A stretch of DNA of 20,000 nt, from IMG/VR virus record IMGVR_UViG_3300043811_000020; one strand, 5' to 3'. The translations under genes were made by a program, and so were the position numbers. The notes below the pieces were generated by a model. It saw only the letters and a list, made by a program, of their open reading frames with translations. It searched no databases and was not told the origin of the DNA. This DNA comes from an uncultured virus (IMG/VR IMGVR_UViG_3300043811_000020). Lineage: Duplodnaviria > Heunggongvirae > Uroviricota > Caudoviricetes. Positions 1 to 7,985 of the stretch are shown piece by piece (the stretch's first letter is position 1; each line of letters opens with the position of its first letter).

Positions 1-2
1 TG

Positions 3-1718
3 GCAGCCATTCAGTCGGCAGGGAACCCGAAGGATGCGTTCGGGCTCATGCAGCACTACCGTACCAAGTTCAACGCTTATGGCGGGGCGGCGCGGGCGGC
101 GCTTGACCAGGGTGATCTCGGGCAGGCAGCTGCGCACGCCACGAGTGCGATGGCGAACGTGCCCACCGGGTACAATGTGCAGTTCGCTCCCGCGCGCGGC
201 GGCATCGCCATGTCCGCGAGCAAGATCAAACAGCAGGCCCAGCAACAAGGGTTCGACAACGGCGGGGAGACGGACGAAGACAACCCGTCGATCCTCATGC
301 GCGAGGGCTATGAAGACGGCGGGCAGGTGCGTACGGATGATGACGATGAAGCCGGGCCGCCGCTCAGCAAGAACATCGAGGATCGCCGCGGTGAAGCTAC
401 GCCTGACGACATCAGAGCCAGCGACAACGCGTACGAAGGCCAGATGCAGAATGTGCGCAACCAGTCGAAGCAGATGTTGAACTCGAAGTGGAGCGGCCTT
501 CAGGACAAGCTCGGGTCTATGCCGGGCTTCGACGACGGCGGTGTTGTCCCGACAGGTGACGATGGAGACGAGGACGACGACCCGAACAACACCAACGCCG
601 CCAACGGCATCGAGCCGGATGACGACACGGACGAGCAGGCCCAATACAACACCCCGACCGGTGGTGCTGGTGCAGCGCCTGCCCAAGGCGATGACACGCA
701 GACGACCATTCTCAACCCCGACCAATTCAAGAAGGCCCTGACCAGCGGGTATGACGCCCCCGTGGAGAAAGGCTGGACGAACTTCCTCAGTGAACTTCTC
801 GGCGGGATGCTTGGTCCGTCACAGGCCCAAGCTGCGGAACCACAGGGTCAGCAGCAGACAGGTACACCGGCGCCCGGCAACGGCAGCACGACGCCGTCTC
901 CGTCCGGGTATAACAGTTCGACGCTCAACGACATCCACGCGCAGGGCGGCCTCTTGAAGTACGGCGCGAACAAGCTCAGCAGCCTTCTCGGGAGCCGTGG
1001 ACAGGAGGCGGCAGCTGCGGTCGCCCCTGCGTTCGATCCGAATGCCCAGACCACGTTCCACGACGATCCAAACGCCCAGGGCCAGGGCAATTTCCCCAGT
1101 CTTGCCGACCGGCAGAAGATGCAATTCGGCCAGAAGACCCCGGGTCAGCAAGGTCAAGTCGGCGGCAATGACGAGAATGCGATGATCGACCGCTTGAACC
1201 AGCAGGCGTCGAAGATTTGGCCGTGGGCCAGCCAAGCCGCTCAGCGCCAGCAGTACGTCCAGCAGTCGCTTGAAGCCGCGCGCGGCAACGTCGCAAAGCT
1301 GCAACAGACCCAGGCGATGTGGGGCAACCGCGGGCAGATCGAGCAGAACAAGGAGCAGGGACGTAACCAGCGCAGCGAGAACGCGATCCAGGGACGCGTC
1401 ACGATGCAGAACATGCGGGACATGACCAGCCGCATGAATGCGACCCAGCGTGCGCAGCTTGATCTCTTGAAGTCCCGATGGGCCTCGCAGCCGAACCTGA
1501 CGCCTGATGACCTGATCAAGCAGGTAACGCCAATCGCCAACCAGATCGGGGTGCACCCGGCTGATCTTCTGACGGCGATGGCCGGCGGAAATCAGCAACC
1601 CGGCCAGAGCCAGCAGCCCCAGCAACAGAACCAAGGCGGTCCACAGGTAGGCGACCGTAAACAGATCAATGGTAAGTGGTATGTGTGGGACGGGCACCAA
1701 GGTGTTCCCGCTCAGTAA
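3..1718 (+). CDS. Q/G/D/N-rich putative virion (internal/ejection-type) protein, probably 5'-truncated by the window edge
   Basis: The frame of ORF 48..1718 is open back to base 3 (AAIQSAGNPKDAFGLMQ...). It has low-complexity Q/G/D tracts, three G[FY]xxGG motifs and a C-terminal GDRKQINGKWYVWDG, and sits directly upstream of a giant virion-like ORF. Function is inferred from composition and context. Confidence 0.6.
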   Translation, partial: AAIQSAGNPKDAFGLMQHYRTKFNAYGGAARAALDQGDLGQAAAHATSAMANVPTGYNVQFAPARGGIAMSASKIKQQAQQQGFDNGGETDEDNPSILMREGYEDGGQVRTDDDDEAGPPLSKNIEDRRGEATPDDIRASDNAYEGQMQNVRNQSKQMLNSKWSGLQDKLGSMPGFDDGGVVPTGDDGDEDDDPNNTNAANGIEPDDDTDEQAQYNTPTGGAGAAPAQGDDTQTTILNPDQFKKALTSGYDAPVEKGWTNFLSELLGGMLGPSQAQAAEPQGQQQTGTPAPGNGSTTPSPSGYNSSTLNDIHAQGGLLKYGANKLSSLLGSRGQEAAAAVAPAFDPNAQTTFHDDPNAQGQGNFPSLADRQKMQFGQKTPGQQGQVGGNDENAMIDRLNQQASKIWPWASQAAQRQQYVQQSLEAARGNVAKLQQTQAMWGNRGQIEQNKEQGRNQRSENAIQGRVTMQNMRDMTSRMNATQRAQLDLLKSRWASQPNLTPDDLIKQVTPIANQIGVHPADLLTAMAGGNQQPGQSQQPQQQNQGGPQVGDRKQINGKWYVWDGHQGVPAQ

Positions 1719-1727
1719 GGTGACACC

Positions 1728-4700
1728 GTGGCACTCGACACTGTGAGCGCTGACGACTGGAACAACGCCCCCGACACTGTGAGCGCGGACGACTGGAACC
1801 GTGCGTCTTCTTCCCCTCAACAGGCCGGCGCTATCAGCGCGGACGACTGGAACAACGCCGAGGGCGAGACCGTCGCGGCGCCCTCTGCCGCAGGTTCAGC
1901 CATCCGCCGCGGTATCATGAACGCGCCCGTCGGTGCCGCGGCTGGCGTGGGCACTATTGGCGGCGCCGCCCTTGGAACGCTAACCGATCCGGTGACCGGC
2001 CCAGCTGGTACTTTCGTCGGCGGGCTCGCCGGCGGTATCGGCGCAGGTATGCTCGCCCAGAAGGGCGAGGACTGGATTTTGGAGAAGCTCGGGCTCGACC
2101 AGGGTTCCGGGTTTGCGTCCAAGAGCCAGCGTCTCGCCGACGAACTGGCGCACCCGCACGCGTCCTTCGCCGGGGAACTCGCGGGGAACATCCTGCCATC
2201 GTTCGGCGCCGGCAGCGGGCGTATGGTGGCGCAGCGCGCGCTTGGCGCCGGGCTCCAAGGCGGCCTCGAAGCCGGGCAGGAAGTCTACCAGGGCAACGGC
2301 ATTGACCCGACGAAAGTGGGGATCGCCACCGCGGCGGGTGCTGCCTTTCCGAGCTTCAACCGTGCCGGCCGTGCTCTTGAGAGCAGGCTCGCCGCGCGCA
2401 TGGCGCCGCGCACTCCCGGCACACCGGGTCAACAGCCGCCAGGGCAACCGCCCCCTGCCGGCACACCGGCGCCCGAAGCGGATTTGGGCGACGTGTCCGA
2501 GGACACCGGACAGCCAGCGCAGGCAGCGCCGTCGCCGGAACTCGCGTTCGCGCAACAGCAGCGCGACAAGCTCGGCCAGGGACACCCGCTGTACGATTAC
2601 TGGGATGCGCATGCGCGCATGCTCGAAGCCCAGGAGGGCGGGCACGCCAGCCCTGACAGCGACAACGACGCGGTCTATGGACCCTTCGGCGACCAGCATG
2701 TGTTCCGTCCGGAAGATGCCGACCGCGCCAATGACGTGACTACATACGCGCGGGGTATCGCCGCGGAGAATGCGCCGGCGCCGCAGATCGAGGGCGCGGG
2801 AAACCCTATCGGTTCCCCGATGCTCCAACGCACGGCGCAGCGTCCGAGCGGCGACCAACGCGACTATCGCAAGAACCGACCTGTCACCGCGCCGTCAGGT
2901 GAGACCAGCCAGCCGTTGAGCACAGACCCGGTGCACGAGGACGTGGCGCGCGCCCTCGCAGTAGACGAGCCCCAGACCGGGTTCGACCAGCAGACGACGC
3001 GTGAACCAGAACCGACGCCACCTCCTGCGCAAGAAGGACCACCGCCTCCTGTCGAGACCGGACTTGGGCGCCCGCTGAACGGTGGCGTGGACGCCACGAT
3101 CCAGCAGGCCACCCAGCTGGCGATGCGCCGGCCCATCGTGGAAGCACCCATGCCGTCGGGTGCGAACTCCACCAAGGACATGAACGGCCCCGTGGTTGTG
3201 GACCCACGTGTGCCGCCCGAGCTACGCCGCCCGGTTGCCGTGCACGAGACCGTTGAACAGACGCTAATGGCGCAGGGAATGCCCTATGCGCAGGCGCACA
3301 AGATCGCCACTCGGGCCGAACAGCAGGCCGTCGAGGCGGCAGGGATGAACTGGAAGGAGTATCAGGACCGGTGGGCCGGTATCCTGCCTGAGATCGGGCG
3401 TACACCGGTCACCCCGGAGATGCGCCAGCAGTGGGCGCAGGCGGGGCTACACGTGGACCCGGAGGAAGCGATTGGACACTATCACCAAGCGGCCGAGGAT
3501 CAGGCCGTCGCCGGTGCGGAGCAGGCGCCGGTTACCGCGGCGGTAACGCCGGCCCAACAGCGCGTGCTCGCTGCGACCCGCGAGCAGCTGAAGGGGATGC
3601 CGCGTGCGCTCCAGGCATTCGACGCGCTCGACCCGCAGGCGCAGCTGGCGGCCATTGAGCGCATGCGTGCGGAGCTACAGACTGGTGCACCGGCCGAGGG
3701 TGAGCCTACGCCGGTGATCCCCACCGAGACAACTGTGGGCCGCGCCCCGCGCCAGAAGGTTGATGTAGAGGGCACAAAGGTCTCCACGCGTTCCAAGGCG
3801 GACGCCGAGCGCAAAGGTGGCGCGGTGAAAGCCTGGGACGCTGCCGTGGCGCAGTTCGGTGAGGCCGATAAGGAAGGGGTTATTCCAACCACGACTTCTG
3901 ATAAGGCGGCCCTCGTGGAACGGCTCAAGCAGATGGTGCAGCACGCCGCCGACGCGACAGGCAACGCCAACCCGATCAAGGCATACCGGCCCAACGTGAA
4001 GCCAGCGTCCTACAACATCCTCAAGGCCGCGCAGCGCGTGATCGCCAAGCCCACGCCGGCGAACATCCGGGATTACTTTGCCGCGGTGCGACTTGGCAAG
4101 GAGGGCGCCAAGGACCTCCAGCAGACCTCCCGGATCGACAGCGACATCGCCTACAAGCCGCAGATCGAGGAGGCGCCTGCCGAAGCTATGACGGCGCAGG
4201 CCGCCCCGCCGGATGCGCGCGAGTTCCACGAGCCGTTTGACAACTCCAGTGGAGACGAGAGCCAGCAGTACACCGTGGGCCAGAACCGGCTGCGCGACTG
4301 GCTCAACGGGCTCAGCGACGATACGTATTCCAAGCTCGCAGACATTCACCCCGAGTTGAAAACCGACATCGCAGCGACCCAGGACCCGGTCGAGTTGATG
4401 CGGAATTATATGGATGATCTAGCCGAACAGGAGGGCAAGCGCCCCGGCAAGATCGAGCTTGTCCCTGCCGAGGACGTGAAGGGTAAGCCGCAGCCTGTGC
4501 GTACCGCCGCTGACGTGGACCGGTTTGCTCCTACACCGGAAGGTGGCGCCGCTGGCACTGGCAAGTCGCTCAAGAATGACCCGCGGTTCGCCGAGCTTGT
4601 GGCCAAGTACGCGAGCGCTGCCCCTGCCAAGAAGGGCCTCAGACTCGAAGCGCTTGAAACCCCTGAAGCAAGTGAAGCCCGCAGCGCGACTGTGGACGGT

Positions 4701-7034
4701 AGTGACCAGAGCTTCCTGGACAAGGTGAAAGCCTTCGGCTCAGACGAGAGCGGCGCCTTGAGTGGACAGGCTGTGGCGTCGATAGGGAACTGGCTCAAGA
4801 ACTCCACGAGCTACTTCTCGCCGCGTACCCAAGCTCAACCAGGGAACCCGATCAAGGACTATGGCGACCAGCTGGGCGGGTGGTTCACTCGCATGGGCGC
4901 GCGCATGAGCCGCGCGACCGCGGACCTGATCGCCAACCTGCACAGTACGCCAGACATCGGTCAAGCCAACGCCGGGCAGGTGTACCGCGCCATGGAGCGC
5001 GGCGAGATCGCTCAGCTGCCGAGCGACCTGCGCGACTGGTACAACAACTACATTAAGCCCATCGCGGATCAGTACGGCCCGAAGTATGACGAACTGCGCA
5101 CCCTCGCGCAGAAGTACGGGCTCGCCGGCGGCGCGGACATGCCCGAGCGAAAGAGTAACCCCGGCAACGGATGGATGAACTGGGTGTCGCGTATCCGTAA
5201 GGACGACACCCCTTCGTCGGAAAACCAAGACGTGTTTGCCGGCAAGACGCTCGCTGCCTGGAGCCCCACCACTCAGGACCGCGACTTCTTCGCGTTGCAG
5301 AACTCGCAGGGACAGCGGATCATCTATAAGCCGGGCGATGGCGAGATCACCATTATGCGGAACGGGTCTCCGCAGAATGTCAAGGTGAGCAACTTCAACC
5401 CGACCGACATCGGCGCCACGGTACGCTTGAAGGTCAAGGGACAGAGCGACGTGTGGACTGTCGACCACGCGGCCATTGACGAGATCAAGGCTGCGACTGC
5501 CGGCAAGGTGCAGTACCATGACAACCCGGCTTACACGGTCAACATGTCGTTGAACGGGCTCAACAACGCGCTTGAGCGTGCCCGCCAGTACCGTGACATC
5601 GTGGAGAGCCCCGAGTTCTCGACGATGACCGCAACGAACCGTGCTGGCAAGGACGCGCTTGAAGCGGCGTACCCGAGCGAGCGTTTCATCCAGCCGCAGC
5701 TGCCGCAGTTCAAGGATACATGGATGCCCGAGAAGTGGGCATGGATCATGAACGATTACCACAAGAGAGGTATCTTTTCTGACAGCGCCGCTGAAAAGCA
5801 GACTGTTGACAACCTCTCGATGATGGCCGCGAAGACGTTCCTGACGTTTGGCCCGCAAATTCACACGCTCAATGAAGCAGACAAGTGGGCCACCTCGCGC
5901 GGGTTCAAGTGGATCAGTCCGAGCGGCTGGGGCGCGCTGGTGAAGACGGCACCGCAGGCCATCAAGGCAGCGTACACGCTGGACCCTGCCATCTACCGAG
6001 AGATCACGGAGGCCGGCGGGAACCCGATGGCCATGCACGCCGTTGCGCGGAACTTCAGCGAGCAAGCGGCGAAGCTTACCGGCGTAGACATTGCGCAAAA
6101 TCCGTCTAAGTGGGACTACCTCGGGAAATACTGGGGCATGACGATCCCACAACTTGCTGACGCCGCCTACCAAAAAAGCACCAAGTTCATGTGGCGCACC
6201 ACGGACGCGATGTACATCCAGCGCTACCTCGAAGAACGGGATAACGGCTACGCTCCTGAAGACGCTGTGAAGAGGGTGGAGAAGTTCATCGACAGCTACC
6301 AGATGGGTCCGACCATCGGCGGCTCCCGGCTGGCCAAGCAGGTCCTCTCTGACCCGAGCGTGTCGTACTTCGCGCCATACCACTACGGAGTGTTCCGCTC
6401 GTGGGGAAACATGGCCAAGGGTCTCATGGCGCCGAGTTCAACCATGGCCGAGCGCAAGGAGGCCGCCGGGCAGTTCCTCGTGCAGTTGGCACTGGGCTAT
6501 GCGTTCTACCCCGCCATGAGCGCCGCTTACCGTGCGGTAACGGGCGAGCAGGATGCCGAGTTCAAGCCCCGCGGTATGAGTGCGCTCGCGCATAGTGCTT
6601 CTCAGGTCGCCCAGGGCCAAGCCGGCCCCGAGCAGGTGCTCCGGGACGTGTGGATGCCCGGAGTACCGGCACAGATGGCCATCGAGGGGTTCAACAATAA
6701 GGACTGGCGTGGCCAGCCTATCGTCCCGCCGCGCGCGTACAACGGCCCCAGCGCTGTAGCCAAGAGCGCCTCCGACGTGGCCGACTGGGCCGCGCGCAGC
6801 ACGGTGGCACCCTACAACACCATCAGCTATGCGGCCAACGCCCCAGGAGGGGGTATCGCCAAAGGCGCCCAGCGGTTCGCCGAGGATCAGCTGAACATCC
6901 ACAACCCGAGCAGCGGGGAACTCAAGCACAACGCCCTGATCGACAAGATCAACGCCGCCGCCGAGCGCGCGCGCCAGAAGCGTCCAGGCGGATTGATCGA
7001 GCGAGGCGTTAACGCAGTCCTTCCAGGGGGTTAG
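1728..7034 (+). CDS. Large (1768 aa) putative internal virion / DNA-ejection protein
   Basis: Long ORF with GC3-rich codons and a GTG start after AAGGTG. It has N-terminal SADDWN repeats, a Gly/Ala-rich hydrophobic stretch (GAAAGVGTIGGAALG...GGLAGGIGAG), Pro-rich linkers and a helical C-terminal region, an architecture typical of large podovirus core proteins. Confidence 0.65.
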   Translation: MALDTVSADDWNNAPDTVSADDWNRASSSPQQAGAISADDWNNAEGETVAAPSAAGSAIRRGIMNAPVGAAAGVGTIGGAALGTLTDPVTGPAGTFVGGLAGGIGAGMLAQKGEDWILEKLGLDQGSGFASKSQRLADELAHPHASFAGELAGNILPSFGAGSGRMVAQRALGAGLQGGLEAGQEVYQGNGIDPTKVGIATAAGAAFPSFNRAGRALESRLAARMAPRTPGTPGQQPPGQPPPAGTPAPEADLGDVSEDTGQPAQAAPSPELAFAQQQRDKLGQGHPLYDYWDAHARMLEAQEGGHASPDSDNDAVYGPFGDQHVFRPEDADRANDVTTYARGIAAENAPAPQIEGAGNPIGSPMLQRTAQRPSGDQRDYRKNRPVTAPSGETSQPLSTDPVHEDVARALAVDEPQTGFDQQTTREPEPTPPPAQEGPPPPVETGLGRPLNGGVDATIQQATQLAMRRPIVEAPMPSGANSTKDMNGPVVVDPRVPPELRRPVAVHETVEQTLMAQGMPYAQAHKIATRAEQQAVEAAGMNWKEYQDRWAGILPEIGRTPVTPEMRQQWAQAGLHVDPEEAIGHYHQAAEDQAVAGAEQAPVTAAVTPAQQRVLAATREQLKGMPRALQAFDALDPQAQLAAIERMRAELQTGAPAEGEPTPVIPTETTVGRAPRQKVDVEGTKVSTRSKADAERKGGAVKAWDAAVAQFGEADKEGVIPTTTSDKAALVERLKQMVQHAADATGNANPIKAYRPNVKPASYNILKAAQRVIAKPTPANIRDYFAAVRLGKEGAKDLQQTSRIDSDIAYKPQIEEAPAEAMTAQAAPPDAREFHEPFDNSSGDESQQYTVGQNRLRDWLNGLSDDTYSKLADIHPELKTDIAATQDPVELMRNYMDDLAEQEGKRPGKIELVPAEDVKGKPQPVRTAADVDRFAPTPEGGAAGTGKSLKNDPRFAELVAKYASAAPAKKGLRLEALETPEASEARSATVDGSDQSFLDKVKAFGSDESGALSGQAVASIGNWLKNSTSYFSPRTQAQPGNPIKDYGDQLGGWFTRMGARMSRATADLIANLHSTPDIGQANAGQVYRAMERGEIAQLPSDLRDWYNNYIKPIADQYGPKYDELRTLAQKYGLAGGADMPERKSNPGNGWMNWVSRIRKDDTPSSENQDVFAGKTLAAWSPTTQDRDFFALQNSQGQRIIYKPGDGEITIMRNGSPQNVKVSNFNPTDIGATVRLKVKGQSDVWTVDHAAIDEIKAATAGKVQYHDNPAYTVNMSLNGLNNALERARQYRDIVESPEFSTMTATNRAGKDALEAAYPSERFIQPQLPQFKDTWMPEKWAWIMNDYHKRGIFSDSAAEKQTVDNLSMMAAKTFLTFGPQIHTLNEADKWATSRGFKWISPSGWGALVKTAPQAIKAAYTLDPAIYREITEAGGNPMAMHAVARNFSEQAAKLTGVDIAQNPSKWDYLGKYWGMTIPQLADAAYQKSTKFMWRTTDAMYIQRYLEERDNGYAPEDAVKRVEKFIDSYQMGPTIGGSRLAKQVLSDPSVSYFAPYHYGVFRSWGNMAKGLMAPSSTMAERKEAAGQFLVQLALGYAFYPAMSAAYRAVTGEQDAEFKPRGMSALAHSASQVAQGQAGPEQVLRDVWMPGVPAQMAIEGFNNKDWRGQPIVPPRAYNGPSAVAKSASDVADWAARSTVAPYNTISYAANAPGGGIAKGAQRFAEDQLNIHNPSSGELKHNALIDKINAAAERARQKRPGGLIERGVNAVLPGG
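1737..1859 (+). repeat. Three coding repeats (T/A)(V/I)SADDWN(N/R)A
   Basis: gacactgtgagcgctgacgactggaacaacgcc (1737-1769), gacactgtgagcgcggacgactggaacc (1773-1800) and atcagcgcggacgactggaacaacgcc (1833-1859). Confidence 0.9.
3532..3546. repeat. Dispersed palindrome TTACCG-CGG-CGGTAA, copy 1 (intragenic)
   Basis: Read directly; flanked by G...C; encodes VTAAVT. Confidence 0.95.
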
Positions 7035-7036
7035 CC

Positions 7037-7432
7037 ATGCCGTTCACCAAGCAGGGGGAAAATGATTACACTGGACCGTCCGGCCGGCATTTCAATCTTA
7101 AACAGGTCCGGTTATACTACGCTCACGGACAGAAATTCCCCGGTCAGCAAGGCTTCGCAGGAGGTGGTGTCGTGGCAAGCATGGGCAACAAGGGTCACAT
7201 GAGCAAGGACTGCGCGTACGCCGAAGGGGGACAAGTCCTCGGGCGCTCTGCCGATTTCATGAAGGCGCCGGACCGGTTCCGGCAGCAAGGCCCTGATGGG
7301 AAGTTCTCGGCGCCGCCTTCTGTCGAGAAGACTTCGGACGAATGGGGCAAGGGGTCTTCGACCCCGACCGGGTCGGTTTCTGCGCCGCCGGCGAAGGGCA
7401 AGCAACTCAAGGCCGTCAAGCCGCGTCAGTAA
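7037..7432 (+). CDS. Small basic hypothetical protein (131 aa), possibly virion-associated
   Basis: ATG 2 nt after the upstream stop, with AGGGGG upstream. Contains GFAGGGVV and YAEGGQV, the motif also repeated in ORF <3..1718. Confidence 0.7.
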   Translation: MPFTKQGENDYTGPSGRHFNLKQVRLYYAHGQKFPGQQGFAGGGVVASMGNKGHMSKDCAYAEGGQVLGRSADFMKAPDRFRQQGPDGKFSAPPSVEKTSDEWGKGSSTPTGSVSAPPAKGKQLKAVKPRQ

Positions 7433-7454
7433 TCCTCGCATGGAGGGGCGTGCC

Positions 7455-7691
7455 ATGCGCAGCCATATCTACGACGGCGAGTGGTACCGTCCGAAGCCGA
7501 TGCGTGGCCACCGGGAAATTTGCTGCGACTGCGGGCTTGTACATGTCACCGACTTCAAGATCATCAAAGGTGAAATTCACATCCGCTCGTACCGCGACGA
7601 CAAGCTCACTGCGAAAGAACGCGCACGGCTACGTCGTCAAGGTCGGGGAACCGCTGGCGTGGCCAGAGCCCGCCAGCGAAGAGGACGGTGA
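7455..7691 (+). CDS. Small Cys/His protein with CCDCGLVH motif (78 aa)
   Basis: Strong RBS GGAGG upstream of ATG 7455 inside ORF 7296..7691. The CCDCGLVH putative metal-binding motif is one I recognise from small phage proteins. Confidence 0.7.
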   Translation: MRSHIYDGEWYRPKPMRGHREICCDCGLVHVTDFKIIKGEIHIRSYRDDKLTAKERARLRRQGRGTAGVARARQRRGR

Positions 7692-7745
7692 GTGGTGGGA
7701 CGGCTTTGAGCCGATCCCCGTCTGTCTCAAGATTTGGATGAGCGG

Positions 7746-7985
7746 CTAGTTCAGCGGCGACGGCCTGCGCTCGCGAATAGTCTGTAGAGCTTGGGGAGCA
7801 TGATCACGCGTGAACACTGCCCAGGGATACACACCCCCTCCCACAAACGCCACACAACACCCTATATCCCCGTCAGCGTCTATAGCGTTCTCAGGGATAT
7901 AGGTTACTGGAAGCCACCGGCCTTCAAAGAAAATTTCGTAGCGCGCGTTCTTAACGTCGAGTTCGTCCTCAGGCGATAGGTCCAT
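7746..7985 (-). CDS. Hypothetical protein (79 aa)
   Basis: RBS AGGAG upstream of the ATG; overlaps the 3' end of the primase gene; last gene of the - strand operon. Confidence 0.55.
   Translation of the reverse strand: MDLSPEDELDVKNARYEIFFEGRWLPVTYIPENAIDADGDIGCCVAFVGGGVYPWAVFTRDHAPQALQTIRERRPSPLN

Noticed and set aside
1901..2340. Partial palindrome matches (CATCCGCCGCGGTAT near 1901, CCACCGCGGCGGGTG near 2326)
   Set aside because: Four or more mismatches, mostly in the AT arms; expected by chance in GC-rich DNA.
4740..6383. 547-aa - strand ORF, and similar antisense ORFs (819..1820, 1980..2858, 13216..13944, 17107..17799)
   Set aside because: These are shadows of GC3-biased genes on the opposite strand, with no recognisable motifs.
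7692..7745. Expected bidirectional terminator at the convergent junction
   Set aside because: No convincing GC stem followed by a T-run on either strand.
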